Positions 50,919 through 63,692 of a DNA stretch of 64,000 nucleotides are shown here, piece by piece. Location of the stretch: the NCBI GenBank assembly GCA_965112155.1, contig OZ218099.1; one strand, 5' to 3'. Both the position numbers and the translations under genes were made by a program. The number at the start of each line of letters is the position of its first letter. The first letter of the stretch is position 1. Below the pieces are notes generated by a model that searched no databases, was not told where the DNA came from, and was given only the letters and a program-made list of their open reading frames with translations. This DNA is from Podarcis liolepis. Its lineage: Eukaryota.

Positions 50919-53900
50919 TACACAGATTTGATTCTTTAGGGGGAAATAATCTAAGGAGTGGGGAGCCCCACACAGGGTGGGAACCCCTGTCTGATGTGGA
51001 TTGAGCATGCTCATTGGCTGTGGAAAGCTGACTGACGGAAGGATAAATTGAAAATGGGGGTGAGATGAGATGGAATACAGTGGCTAGAATCCTGAAGAAG
51101 GAGCACTCTATGCTTCAACATTTTTTGAAGGTCCCACTTATAGTTGAGATTAAGTTTTGGGTTTGGCTGTGATGAATGCTAAACTGCAGCTAATTGAAAA
51201 CAAAAGTGAACGTTTCTGATCTCATAGCTGTGCCAGAGGCTGGAGGTGGAAAGGTGGGAAGAAGAGCATGAGCCTGTGGGTGCAATGCAAACCAGAACTG
51301 ACAGAGGCAATGTCAGCAGATTTTCCCAGAGCATTTAATGCTCATGACTGATAGTTTAGTGGGACACTGCTAGTTATTGAATGGTTTGCTTAGAGCCTGG
51401 AAGCAGAGATGACGTCTTATTACTAAGAATAAGTATGTGTTTGGGGAGCCAAAGAGAAACAAAGCCATATCTTACTGATTATGTAATAATCCCTCTTTGT
51501 AAAGTCATTGAAAGTTCTGGACAATTGCTCTGAATTTGATGAACAGACTTGGATACTCACCAGTAAAACAACAACAGGATTTGGCCTGGATATCCCCCCC
51601 CCCTTCCACCCAGTTTTTGTTTTTGAAGGAACTTGCCTTTGGCTGCACTCAGACTTGCTTCTATAAATGGTGGCTTTGGCTCTCTTCATTGTTCAGCCAT
51701 CTTAAGTGTTTTTGGCCAAGCCCTTGTTTTCTGAAAGGAAAGCAGACATGTGTCTCCTAGAAGCTGGCATGTTCTTTAGAAGTAGAATTGCCCATTTTAT
51801 TCTCCATGAATTTGAGTTATATTTAAACATAGAGTTTCTGTCTTTGAATTACTTTGTTTCCTATTAGCTGATATTGAAATAATAGCTCTGGTTTCCAGCA
51901 TGCAAAATGCCTTCCAGCTTCATATCAGCTTGTTGATTATTATCTCTTAAAAGGCATTGTAGTTTAATGCAGTGGAATAAAATCACAGGAAATTAAAAAC
52001 AAATCCTATTAATGTTCAGGACAATGCCTTTCATTAAACACACACAGTTTTCTTGGAATTTTCCTCAACTGTGCAGTGCCTTGAACCACCTCCTTTTCAT
52101 CTTCTCTTGGCATTTCCTGTAATTGGCAATAGTCAGGAGACCATGGGTGGGCCATAGGGTTAAGTCTGAGATATGAGCACAATAAAGGGTAGCATTTTAA
52201 GAAGTTTGTTTATGTCATAATGTAGAATTGTGGTACTGCTCAGTGTGATTGTTATGGGGATGATCTGCAAAACAGTTTATGAAAAAAACCGGCCCTCAGA
52301 TCTTGTCAGTTCAAAGCAGGAATCTGTTTGAAGACTACTTAGACACTTTAGTTTAGTTACACCAAGAAGTCACACAACTAGCATGAGTTAATTGCAAGCA
52401 TTGCTCTATTTGTGTTGTGATGCCCGAAAGCACTTGATGCTTGTTGAAGTGAACTTATTCTGGCCAGTCTCACCATATTTTTTCAGTCCAAACAAATGTT
52501 CCCTGTTAATTCAAGAAGTAAGAACATCCAGTCAATCTGAAAAAGCGCACTTTGAAAATCAGGGACCTGCTAATTTAACCCAGATTCTTACATTGATTCC
52601 CCCCTGCGAATAGATTTTATTAAAGCTTAGGTTCTGGCATTCATTTTTGATGTGACAAAGTCATTGCAAGGTTTTTAAATTTCTTACCTAGGCAGGGCCT
52701 CCACAAACTTAAGTGTGGTCCTCCCAACTAAACCTTCCTCTTCCTTAAAGTCCACTGTATGTTCCAAAAGACTGAAATAGGGGAGGGTTGCCATATTTCA
52801 AAAAGTAAAAACCAGCACACCCCAAAATTGTTGACTTAAAAAAACAAAACTCCCCATTCCACCCCTTTTTTTTACAGAAACACAAAAAAACCACGCAATT
52901 TTGTAATTGCCTTTGAAATCCTGGTAATGTCCAGGAAAATCCAGACGTATGGCAGCCCTAGAAAAGGGTGGTGGATGATAGATCTCGAATACATTTGGGG
53001 CTTTGGAGTAGGCAGAGGTAGGCAAGATGTTCAGCAGGCAAGATTAAGGTGGACATTCACATACCTGCCCCAAAGAGGAAATTCCTCACTATAAAAGAGG
53101 GCACTGATTCACCTATGCTAATTTATATGGGTAGACGGAAATTTCAGAATAGTGACAGAGCTCAACCTCAGGAGGAAGGGGATGTCTCATGCCACACACT
53201 GAACTCTGATTCAGATGAAAGCTATTGTAGGACATATATTTCTTCTACTTGTTGTCTCAGTTATACAAAGCCATGACCTATTACTTTCTATAATATCTCT
53301 ACTTTAAAGTTGTTCAAAAATTCAAATGTATTGAATAAAGTGAAACTAATCTTTGAAGAGGACCATTGCAAATGAGAGGTTCCAATTTGCTGTTCTCCAT
53401 ATCTACTAGTGTAGCTATAATTATACATACTTAATTACTGGTTAAGATTCAGTGTCTAATATGTCAGCCTGCCAGCTCTTATTCTGTAACATCATAGTTC
53501 CCATACTAAAGCAACCCTTTGAAACAAGTTGGCTAGACGTGTTAATTGACAATCTGTTACCTGGCATTCAGTGTTGCATATGGTCTGTTTAGGCACACTC
53601 GAAAAGATTAGATTAAAATGGCTCCAATAAACTTTTTCCAGATAATAGCATCATGAAAAGCAAATATATTTCCCCTCCAAACCTTATTCAAAAATTTTTT
53701 ATGAGAGTGTCTTATTGTTGGTTGTAAGCAAGACCTGAGGCAGTAAGGCAAGTTCCATTGTTTCCCTCCAGATATGGTTTAGCTAATCTGCATGGTTTAT
53801 GAAAAGGTTTTCATCTGCATGGTTACATTGATGCATATCAATCTCAGAATCATGTTCCAGTTGCAGATTTCCTGCCAAACTAATGTCAACCCTAGTTTCA

Positions 53901-54741
53901 GGTCATTGCCATGCAAGCTAAATCTGTTTACAGATCAGAAAGCAGCAAATTAATTCCAGGTTTTCACTGTGATAATATGAACTAAGTTTTTGTGGTGACA
54001 CTTGCACAAACAAATAAAAACATTGTTGAAGTCTTAAATAAATGAACTGCTTTGCATAAGCCCAATAAAAACTTAAGTGTTTTCACTAATAAAGCACCAT
54101 GCAAAATACAAACAGATCTGCAGTGCAGTCCTATGCACATTTACTCGGAAATAAATCCTATTGTGTCCAGCATGATCTATTTAGATGGTTTAAGCGCGAG
54201 GTATTAATGTCTTCTATCATGAATGTTAGGTTTAAGTGTTTACTAGCTATATCTCTTTCTATCAGTGTTATATTTTAAACTTTCTAGATTTAAATCATTG
54301 CCCACACCCAGCAGTCATCTTCTGCATGTTGGTAGGATTATTTGCATGTGTTGATTCCAATGTAGGATCATCAAGCAAGCTTAAAAAATGATGGAAAGTC
54401 CATTATGTGCCTTTCCATTCACACAACCCGGTACAGAATAACTCTCTAATTGGAGGAAAAATAAGCCATGTGACACAGATACAAAGACTGGATTGGATTG
54501 ACTGCCCTTCTAATATATAAGAGCACAAGTATGCAGAAATGAGGACAACCTAGGCTGCCTATGCGTGCCTGGTCTCTGCAATGTATGGAAGCTTACTTTA
54601 GCGCTCCAGTGTAAATGGCATACCTCCCACAGCTTCCACATTTGAATCTGATCAAATGTGGCCTGTTTTGAACATGCGCTTTGGATGAAATCTTGTGCGT
54701 GTTTATCTTCCATTTTTAAAAATCTAACATATATAACACAA

Positions 54742-54745
<4 letters not shown>

Positions 54746-54774
<29 letters not shown>

Positions 54775-54813
54775 CGCATGTGCACATGGATATATATATA
54801 TATATATATATAT
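54746..54813. repeat. Compound (TG)n ... (AT)n microsatellite
   Basis: Read directly from the sequence. Confidence 0.9.
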
Positions 54814-56364
54814 GGCATACTTTTTGCAATTTAACAGCTGACAGCAATATTTATAAGCCAGTGTGACCGTCTAGGGTTCACTTTGCTCTGGAGTTTTCAT
54901 AAAGCAAGCCTTGTCATTGGCTATTTCATTAACTAAAAAGCCATTGCTATGGCAAAGAACATGATTCTATTGCGTATCAGGAGTGAGTCAGTCCTATTTA
55001 TTTTGAAATCCAAGTGAGATGCTGAGATGGCAGTGAAATGAGGCGGGGGTGTATGCCGAAACTGAACTGAACAGAAAGGTTTATTTATGCAGGGGTTTTG
55101 CTGTTTAATCAGTACCAAGATATAAAAATAGAAGAAGAAAGAAACTGCTGCTTTAGATCCTTCCGCTCATTAGGATAAATCACTATGTTTAAAGCGAGGG
55201 GCGGGGGATCACTTTTAATAGAAGCTCCATGATAACTCTTCGTAAAGCCTTAATATTTCAGCCGATGATGATTCTGGGGAGAAATTACAGGCTTGGAATG
55301 GACACTGGTCAGTGCAAAGAAAAAGTAACGTGGTGATGTAATAGAGGGCAGATTTTCTACAGTGGTCCTCTCTCATTTACTAAGCTGATGTAAACATAAA
55401 GTCAGAGTGTGATCTGCTAGTTGCCCAAACAGGAGTTAAAGCCTGTTGATAATCTCTTCACAACTGTAGGTAAAGAGTACTTCAAAATCTGGGGTTGCAC
55501 ACCAGGAATGGCAAGGACGTCCAAGAGAATGCCCAGTGGGCTGGGTGTGTGCTTGGCATCTCCAATGCAGAATACACTGCTCTTTTCCTCCTTGCTTCTT
55601 TCCTTACTTCTTCCCTCCCTCCCTCCTTAACACCTTCACTATTTCGCCATTCATCCCCAGGGCACACACTTCTGCCCTCTCCCTAGAAACTCTACCTGTC
55701 CTCTTAATTTTTTTATGCACACATTACCTATTCTGCACTCTTATGCCTTAATCCACAGCCACTTTCCAAAGGAGCTTTAGGAAGAAGCCTGACAAGTGTT
55801 TGAGCCCCAGTCTGAAAGGTGGCTCTGAGAGGGAAAGGGAACAAAAGCATAGCAGTGTCAGTTCGCCTGTTTTTACAGGCCTGGCTCAGATGGACTTTCA
55901 CATCTCTTCTGTGCAAAAAAAGGATCCATTTTATTTCCTGCTGGCCTAAAAAGGTGTCGCAATACATGGCAATGCTGCTTTTGTTTTTAATACTCTGAGT
56001 AACAAAGATGCTTCCGCCTCTTCTCTAACACAAAGTATCTTACTAACACTGATTAGGATCCAAGGATTGTTTTTCTAGACTGCTCAGGAACCTGGAATGC
56101 TAACCTTCTATTGTGAAAAGACCCTTAATAGGTGTCAATGCGAAAGAGGCACAGGTGTATTTTAAACTCATTTGTGGGGTCAAGACAGGAATAACTGTCA
56201 GCTGCATCTTTCCTCTGCATATACTGGCTTGAAAAAGTGGGTGAATTTGAAGGAAACTTTTTGTTTGCCAAGGTGATTTGTAAGCACAGGTACCTATTTG
56301 TCTTCCAAGTAACGTGGATTATAAAACCTATATTGTATTTTCCTTCCTTTTAGAAAGCAAAAAC

Positions 56365-56593
56365 ATGGCAACAAAGGAGAAACTGCAGTGTCTAAAAGAT
56401 TTCCACAAGGACATTCTCAAACCTTCCCCTGGCAAGAGCCCTGGGACACGCCCTGAGGATGAGGCAGAGGGGAAGCCACCACAGCGTGAAAAGTGGGCCA
56501 GCAAGATTGACTTTCTGTTGTCTGTGGCTGGAGGATTTATTGGATTAGGCAATGTTTGGCGATTTCCGTATCTCTGCTACAAAAATGGCGGAG
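56365..56593 (+). CDS. SLC6A6: Na+/Cl- dependent taurine transporter, first coding exon (exon starts at 56354)
   Basis: [76 protein letters not shown] is the TauT N-terminus and TM1. Acceptor TTTTAG|56354; donor G|GTGAGT; 229 coding nt, phase 1. Confidence 0.98.
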
Positions 56594-57238
56594 GTGAGTA
56601 TTGTTGTCGCTTCCATAATGGTTTGGGATGTGGATAGCAGCTCCCTTTCATGTGAATGGGTATGTGGGGAAGCAGGGCTGCTCTGAAGATGAATGAGATC
56701 AAGATTTAAAAACAACCGAAAGTGCTATTGGACTAATAGCTACTTCTCAGCTTTTTTTTTTTTTTTTTTTTTTGCAAAGGGGAAATTTGATTCATATTAG
56801 CGAAAGCCAGTCACATATTTCCGGTATGCATTTCACTGCATTTAATTTGCTTTTAAAAAACTCTTACAGCTGTTACATGCAGTACACTTTGTAAACAGCA
56901 GGTCATTAAATTCTGAGACATTGTAAAACAAGAAAACAATTGCCTTGAGATTTTACCTAATCTTCCAGTATGCAATGAAAGGAAACCATTCTGTTGCACA
57001 TTTTCTTTCACATTGTTCCCCATTTCTTAATCTGAAAATAACAGGGCATTTGTGTAACATATTTAAAGTCTGATTATTAATCTTTGCTCTTAAGTGGCAA
57101 TTTCAGAACATGCTAACAAGGGCATGGGCCAGATTTCATAGTGATACTTAAATACCACCATCAGCTGCTACTCCATTAAGAAAATAAATCATTGAGTCAT
57201 AGAATCTTCCTAATCTTCCTTCTGTGTTTTCTCTACAG

Positions 57239-57373
57239 GTGCATTTCTCATACCTTATTTCATTTTTCTGTTTGGGGGAGGTCTTCCTGTGTTTTTCCTG
57301 GAGGTGGCACTAGGACAGTATACCTCCGAAGGAGGAATTACATGCTGGGAAAAGATCTGCCCTATCTTCACCG
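57239..57373 (+). CDS. SLC6A6: Taurine transporter coding exon 2 (135 nt); not in the ORF track in this frame
   Basis: CTACAG| (G)[44 protein letters not shown] |GTTAGT; phase 1 to 1. Confidence 0.97.
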
Positions 57374-60300
57374 GTTAGTTATCTGCCTAATTCATGTTAA
57401 ATATATATATGTACATTCACACATCTAAGTTAGTTCCCAAAATTCTGTGACATTCTTCCTTCACCTTGCAGCTATGCAAAGGAAAGGGTGAGACTATGCA
57501 GAGGCATGGCTCCGTGTGACTGGGGTCAGCAGGGCAGGAAACAGGTTTTATCCTTAACTTTGCTGGTGACTCTGATTTTATTTAATTCCTATCCTTTCCT
57601 TTTAGTTTTTTCCCATCCAGCTGAATGGTTGTCACACACCTCTCTGGGGAAAAGTTAAACAGTACTGGTCTTGGAGACATTTTTGCACTGAGGGCAAAAC
57701 CTGCTTGCCATACCTGGCAGGAATTCCACAGCAGGATGCAAGGCCCAGCTTGAGAATGACCTGCTGTGCCAGAGTGTCCAGAACAGTGAGGACTTGAAAC
57801 TGCCTCTGTGGGCAGTTCCCTCTGACATCTCCTCCACATCCACAGTGTTGCCTTCTGAGGAAGAGGAGGAGGAGATAGACCCTGAAAAAGGGGGCAGTGG
57901 AGTGCTAAAAATTTTGTCACAGAAGTACAAAAAGCTTTTTCTCCCACCTCCCCTCCAGCTCCGAGCTATTGGAGGTGGTCTGTTTCCTGCCCTCCCTTCC
58001 ACCTCCAAGTTTAGAACTGGAACGCGGAGCAAATTTTCCCCTGACCTTGTATTGTGTTTGAAACATAACTTTAGCTTGTTAGGGGTGAATCCTTGTGAGA
58101 ACAAAATTTTGGTTGGCCTCTGCTAATGCAACTTTTCTATTTAAAAAATATAAGAGCAGTATTGAAATTGATGTGTTCCTGATAGAAGGTTTAGGATTTA
58201 CTATTATTTCAAATAATAGACTTCAGAATACATGAAACTCTCTGGAACAACTTCTCTGAGATTTCTGATCTTTAATGACTATGAAATGCTTTACTATGGG
58301 TATTTGCATCAGGAGAATGTGGAATGGCTCCCATCATCCAAGAAAACTCAATATTTAATAAGGAGCTGGTGTGTTCACAGGCCATTAAGTTGTTCCAGGG
58401 CAGTTTGGTGTTTTGTAAGATGATTGCCAGTTTATACCAGTTCTGTGTCTCCCAAAGTACTTACTTAGAAGGAAGATCCATTGAGATCAATAGGACTTCT
58501 TGCCAAGTGTATGGGGCCTGGATTGGAATTTATAGCTAAAGGTTTGTGCCAATTTGCACTTCATTAGCTGTGTGCATGCCATTTGGAGCAGCAAAGGACA
58601 TGACCTTATTTGCTAGTGACCCTGTGCTTGCAAAGCAAACAGGGCAGTATTTTTTTGTTGTCAAGCATTGATATGCAAGTTAAACATTTATTTTATAAAT
58701 AGCAGGCATGATACCTTTGGGGGGGGGGGGAGATAGATGTGTACATATATTACAAAATTCAGTTTGCTGACCTTCTTTTGACCTTGTTTTATTTTGCACA
58801 AACATGTTGTCTTTCCTTCCCAGAATATTGTTACTACTGTTGCTATAACCAATGTTTTATGACTGTGTGACCCTGTACATTTTTATGTAAGAGTAAGCCT
58901 CACTGAATTCAATGGCATTTATTTCTGAGTAGATATGTATAAAATTGCACTGTAAAGTTGGAGTCCTATTCACACTTTTCCTGGGAACAAGCCTTGCTGT
59001 ACACAGGCAGAACACAGTGGGACTTAATTTTGAGTATACCTTCCTCTAGTTGTGCTATACATTGTAGTCAGAGGTATAAGTAGAATAATACTGTTTATAA
59101 CTGCATTGCAGAGAAAGTGCATTTCACTGAATTCTGTTCCATACGTAATGATTGTCACCCTAAGTTAGGCCAACACTTCCATTGCCCACTGTCTGCATTT
59201 GACATTGCCTCAGGGAGACTCATAAGCAGATTGGATTGAGAGAACCATCTCCTGTGATTTAGCTTTGGCTCCTGATACTCAGAAATATGTTTAAAGCTTT
59301 CATAGTGGCTTCATAATACAAGCCAGGATTGAAAGAACTACTTCAAACTGTTTCCTTGGGTGTGCTGTTCCCCAGTGGGATTTTTTTCTTTGAAGAGCAG
59401 AACATCTCCCCTCCAATACTTCATCACAAAGTGCTTTTGAAATTCTCTATTTCAAAAGCATATTGGTATGTAGCATGGAGAAACACAAGGCAATTTTTAC
59501 CTTGTGCACATGGAATAATTATTCTCTTCCAACAAATACCTGCTTTAAATTGGGACTCCTTCCTAGTCTGCATTCGTTTTAGATGTTTTCTTGTTTGTAT
59601 GCTTGCCACCCTTGGCTCCTTTGGGAGGCGGGGAGGGAAACTACTACTACTATTGCTAGTAGGTATAGTCCACCAGGACACAAGCCACAGAGCCATAGGT
59701 ACTGCATCATGTCCTTAGGTTTCCATTTTTATTTAGATAGCCCTTTGGCCCATAACTTGTAATTTTGTTGAGACAAAATGAGGTTTTAGCTAGTTGTTTT
59801 TATTGATGCCTTATCTGCTTTTCTTTGTATTTTATTGTTCTTTTGTTGTATTATTTTTAATTACTGTTAGCTGCTTTGAGTACCATTTGGGGGAAATGTA
59901 GACTACAAACCTAACAAGAAATGAATTGTACCTCATTTACATGGCCGTTTCCTTCTGCTCAAGTGTTGTAGTTTCAGTGGTTTTGTTGATATTAAGAAGG
60001 GTGTTCCTAAATATTAACAGTGCAATCATTTGTATGTCTACTGAGAAGAAAGGCACATTGAATTCAATGAGACTTATTTCCAGGTAAGTGTGCACAACAG
60101 CGGTGGGCAACTTGTGGCCCTCCAGATCTTGCTGGACTACACAGCCCTAAGCATTGGCCAATTTATGATGGGACTGATGAGAGATGACGTTCAAAAGCAT
60201 TCAGAGAGCCACAGGTTACCCTTCCATAGTTTATATGTTTGCAGTCCAAATGTGATAGCCATTGCTTGCATACCTTTGCAACCTCACAACTGTGTTTTAG

Positions 60301-60573
60301 GAAGAACTACTACTCGTTACTGAATTCTCTGGAAACATGGGTGCAACTGGTGAAAGAGGGCCTTGATACCTTATCTGAGTCTTGAAATTATGCATCTCTG
60401 CTTAATGCAGCAGATATATGATGTTGAACTGCTGCCTTTGTAACCCTAGACATAGAGATTCCTAAACTAGTGAATATTACATGTTCACCTGTAATACCAA
60501 CAAACCTTACTTATGTGTGTAATTTCATATGTTCTTTTCTTCTGCTTTTTCTTTCTTTTTTTAAAAAAATCAG

Positions 60574-60808
60574 GAATAGGTTATGCTTCCATAGTGATCG
60601 TGTCGCTTTTGAATGTGTATTACATCATCATCCTGGCTTGGGGACTGTACTATCTATTCCACTCTTTTACGAGTAAGCTGCCTTGGGCTTTCTGCGACCA
60701 AGAGTGGAACACAAAAAACTGCATAGAAGACACTCTCAGGAAGAACAAAACCCTCTGGTTGTCACTGAATACCACTAACTTCACTTCTCCTGTGACAGAG
60801 TTTTGGGA
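60574..60808 (+). CDS. SLC6A6: Taurine transporter coding exon 3 (235 nt; TM3 and EL2)
   Basis: ATCAG| [78 protein letters not shown] |GTAAGC; phase 1 to 2. Confidence 0.97.
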
Positions 60809-63034
60809 GTAAGCAATTTTAATTTTTGCTCTTTGGAGAACTTTACAAAAGACATAGAACATAGAGTAAAATGGTGACTGACTAAAATTGTAAGGGGAAG
60901 TATGGGGTATTACCTACTTCTGTAGGAGTTTTGGATTATTATTACGAATTTTTTATTGTTACGAATTTAAATTATTGTCGTCTTATGATATTTGGGTCAT
61001 GTTTTAACATCTCTGTTTACTGTTCTGGATTCTGCAAGGAGGAAGGGCAGAGTATAAGAATAATAAAAGAATAAGTCAGGTTATAGAGTCACAGAGACAA
61101 TGCACACACCTGATATTCCTGTTTTGATTATGATTATGTGATTTAGCCCTATTCAAATAAAATTTCAAGTTGACTCTGTGAATGATGGCCTTGATTCACC
61201 ATGCATTTTATACAGATATTTAACTTAATCATTGCACAAGTAATGTCATCTATGTGGGAGGTATTTGTTAACTTATTACACAGAAAAGCCTTAACAAAGA
61301 ACTTTGCATTTTACATTAATTTTTAAAAATAACTTTTTATTGGGGCTTTTTTTTTTGCATCTTACATTAATGATAAACGTTCAGTAATCTTATAACTACC
61401 ATATGTTATATGTATTAACAGATTGAGGTCAACTGCATTGCCCTGAGCTAGCTAATAAGTTACATAACTCAGAATAATGTATATTGCCTTGTAAATATGT
61501 AAACCTCTTTATCATGTGTTAATTCACTTAAATTTGGTACATTCAGAAGACAACAGTCCTACTGTGAATTAAATAATCCTTAGGAGCTGTTACAGTGCCT
61601 GAATTATGAAGCCTAGTGCTCTTTATCAGGTGGAATGTTTCCTGAAATCTTTATCAGTTGTACTTGCTGAACACTAAACTTCTCAGGCATGGTTGACTTT
61701 ATTGAAATGTTCACCTTTGTATGCTAAGTGACATCTTCCTCTTAGCAGTGCTGCTGATTGTGCATTGGAGGCCATCATTATATCTTATTTGAGCTAATGG
61801 TCTGTGTAAATCTCATGCTTGTTTGAGCAGCAGTCATAGGGGATAAGCAAATCTGGCTTTATTTCCAGAGTCTTACCTCTTGGGATTACATCACATGCTT
61901 TGATTTCTTAGTTGTGAAGATTTTATTTCATAGTATATGGTTGCAAACATAATGAAACAGTAAGAAGCAGGGGGCAATTACCAGTAAACAAGAACTTTGA
62001 TTGTTCCCAGCTACCAACCAAAAGCTTATAAGTGCTTAGGACTCAGCAGGCTTGGTTCATGTGAAATCTCAGGAAGCTGATCACATGCTTCAGACATGCA
62101 AATCTAATAAGAGCTGAATAAAACAAAGCAAAATCCGCTTTTGGCTCATGTACACTTGATGCTAGCCATAAATCTAGCAAACTGTTTTTGCTCTTTTCCT
62201 TCTTATGAGTGAGATCCTTGGGAACAGCTAGTTTATTATCCTCCATTTCTATTTTAAACAGTTCTTCATCTTAGCTGAAAGGGGACACGCTTCAGAAGTT
62301 ACACAACTCCCCTAGTTCTGTGTTTTGTTTACTTATTAAAATGGATGTCTGTGTGATTATAGTGCTGTGATAGAAGCAGGTTGCTATCCTGTTCCCTTAC
62401 CCCCCCTTAACTAAATTTATCTAAAGTAATGATGATTGATTTGTTTACAATTTAAGGCAATATATAACAAAGTTGGAGAGGTTTGTGTATTTATACCTTT
62501 CCTGCACAACAGAAATTACTAGTTATGAGTAGAAATACTAAGAAGTTGTAAAGGTGGGTTTGTGGGTTGATTTTTTTATTTTAAAAAGTCAGTTCTTTTC
62601 ATTAGTTTTAGAGTAGCCCCATCAGATTCAAAGAGCATGCGCACGTGTACATGGCACCAAACCGGGAAGTGACCAGAAAATGTCACTAAAGGGGCGGAAT
62701 GGAATACTTTACGTGGGCCCCGCCGACATGCTCAGGAGTCCAGAATGTAACCCCTGTGCAAAGCAAGGATTGCCTGTAGACAAATGGATTCAGTTCCAAG
62801 TATTCCAGAGTGAACAGAATAGTTTTAACAAGCTGAGGGATATTATCACTCCCAGCTCTTTGGAAGACTACAAATAGAACAACGGGCCTTTCCCATGTGT
62901 CCAGTTAATCTGTTTAGGCAACATGGGAAGTAGCATCATTCTGCTTTTAAAGACTGGTTCTTGTGAAGCAGCTGTTCAGTTTGTTTTATCATAACTGTTG
63001 TCTTGTTTCTTTCCTTTTTTTTTAATCCTTTAAG

Positions 63035-63167
63035 GCACAACGTATTGAGCTTGTCTTCAGGAATTGATGAGCCTGGTGTTGTCAAGTGGGACCTGGCACT
63101 ATGTCTCCTCCTTGTCTGGGTGATATGTTTCTTTTGCATTTGGAAAGGTGTAAAGTCCACTGGGAAA
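63035..63167 (+). CDS. SLC6A6: Taurine transporter coding exon 4 (133 nt; TM4); gene continues beyond the window
   Basis: TTTAAG| (E)[44 protein letters not shown] |GTAAGT; cumulative CDS 732 nt = 244 codons, in frame. Confidence 0.97.
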
Positions 63168-63641
63168 GTAAGTGCTCTCAGCCTCTCCCTTTGCAATTAT
63201 AACTGCCTTGTTTCTTGGAGCGCTGGTATTGGCAAGTCCCAAAAATAAAAAATGTTCTCTTTGGATCCAAGTTCCTCTCAGTCCCACAGTGCATCTCAAA
63301 CTGGGGGGAAACTTGAACAAACTTCCAAGCTTGCTCAATCTTTCCCCCACTTTTTGCTCCATAGTTTCCAATAGAGGGAAAATGAGGTGTTAAAAAGGCC
63401 AGATAAATTCAAAACATTACTCTGCCTTAACTTCTGTTCGATACCAGCAGAGCATAATCTGCCTTTGTATTCCACCCTCTTTACACACATACACATTAGG
63501 ATTATAGCCAAAGTGTTTAAATAGGTTCAGAAATTAGTTTTATGCAGTGGTTTTACACCCTCTCCACATCATTTTGGGCTTAAAATGATTGAATTGACTT
63601 CTTAGCAAAGGCTAGGGTACCAATGTTATTTTGAACCTTTC

Positions 63642-63692
63642 CTAGAATCATAGAATTGTAGAGTTGGAAGGGACCTTGAGGGTCATCTAGTC
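63642..63692 (-). mobile_element. CR1 3' terminus
   Basis: TAGAATCATAGAATTGTAGAGTTGGAAGGGACCTTGAGGGTCATCTAGTC is the reverse of a CR1 (ATTCTATG)n tail. Confidence 0.75.

Noticed and set aside
56314-56364. N-terminal extension [17 protein letters not shown] in the ORF track
   Set aside because: Starts at GTG and runs through the intronic polypyrimidine tract and acceptor; the true start is ATG 56365.
57582-58126. Three overlapping ORFs of 110-149 aa in an SLC6A6 intron
   Set aside because: Non-ATG starts, low complexity and no recognisable homology; the flanking exons splice in frame without them.
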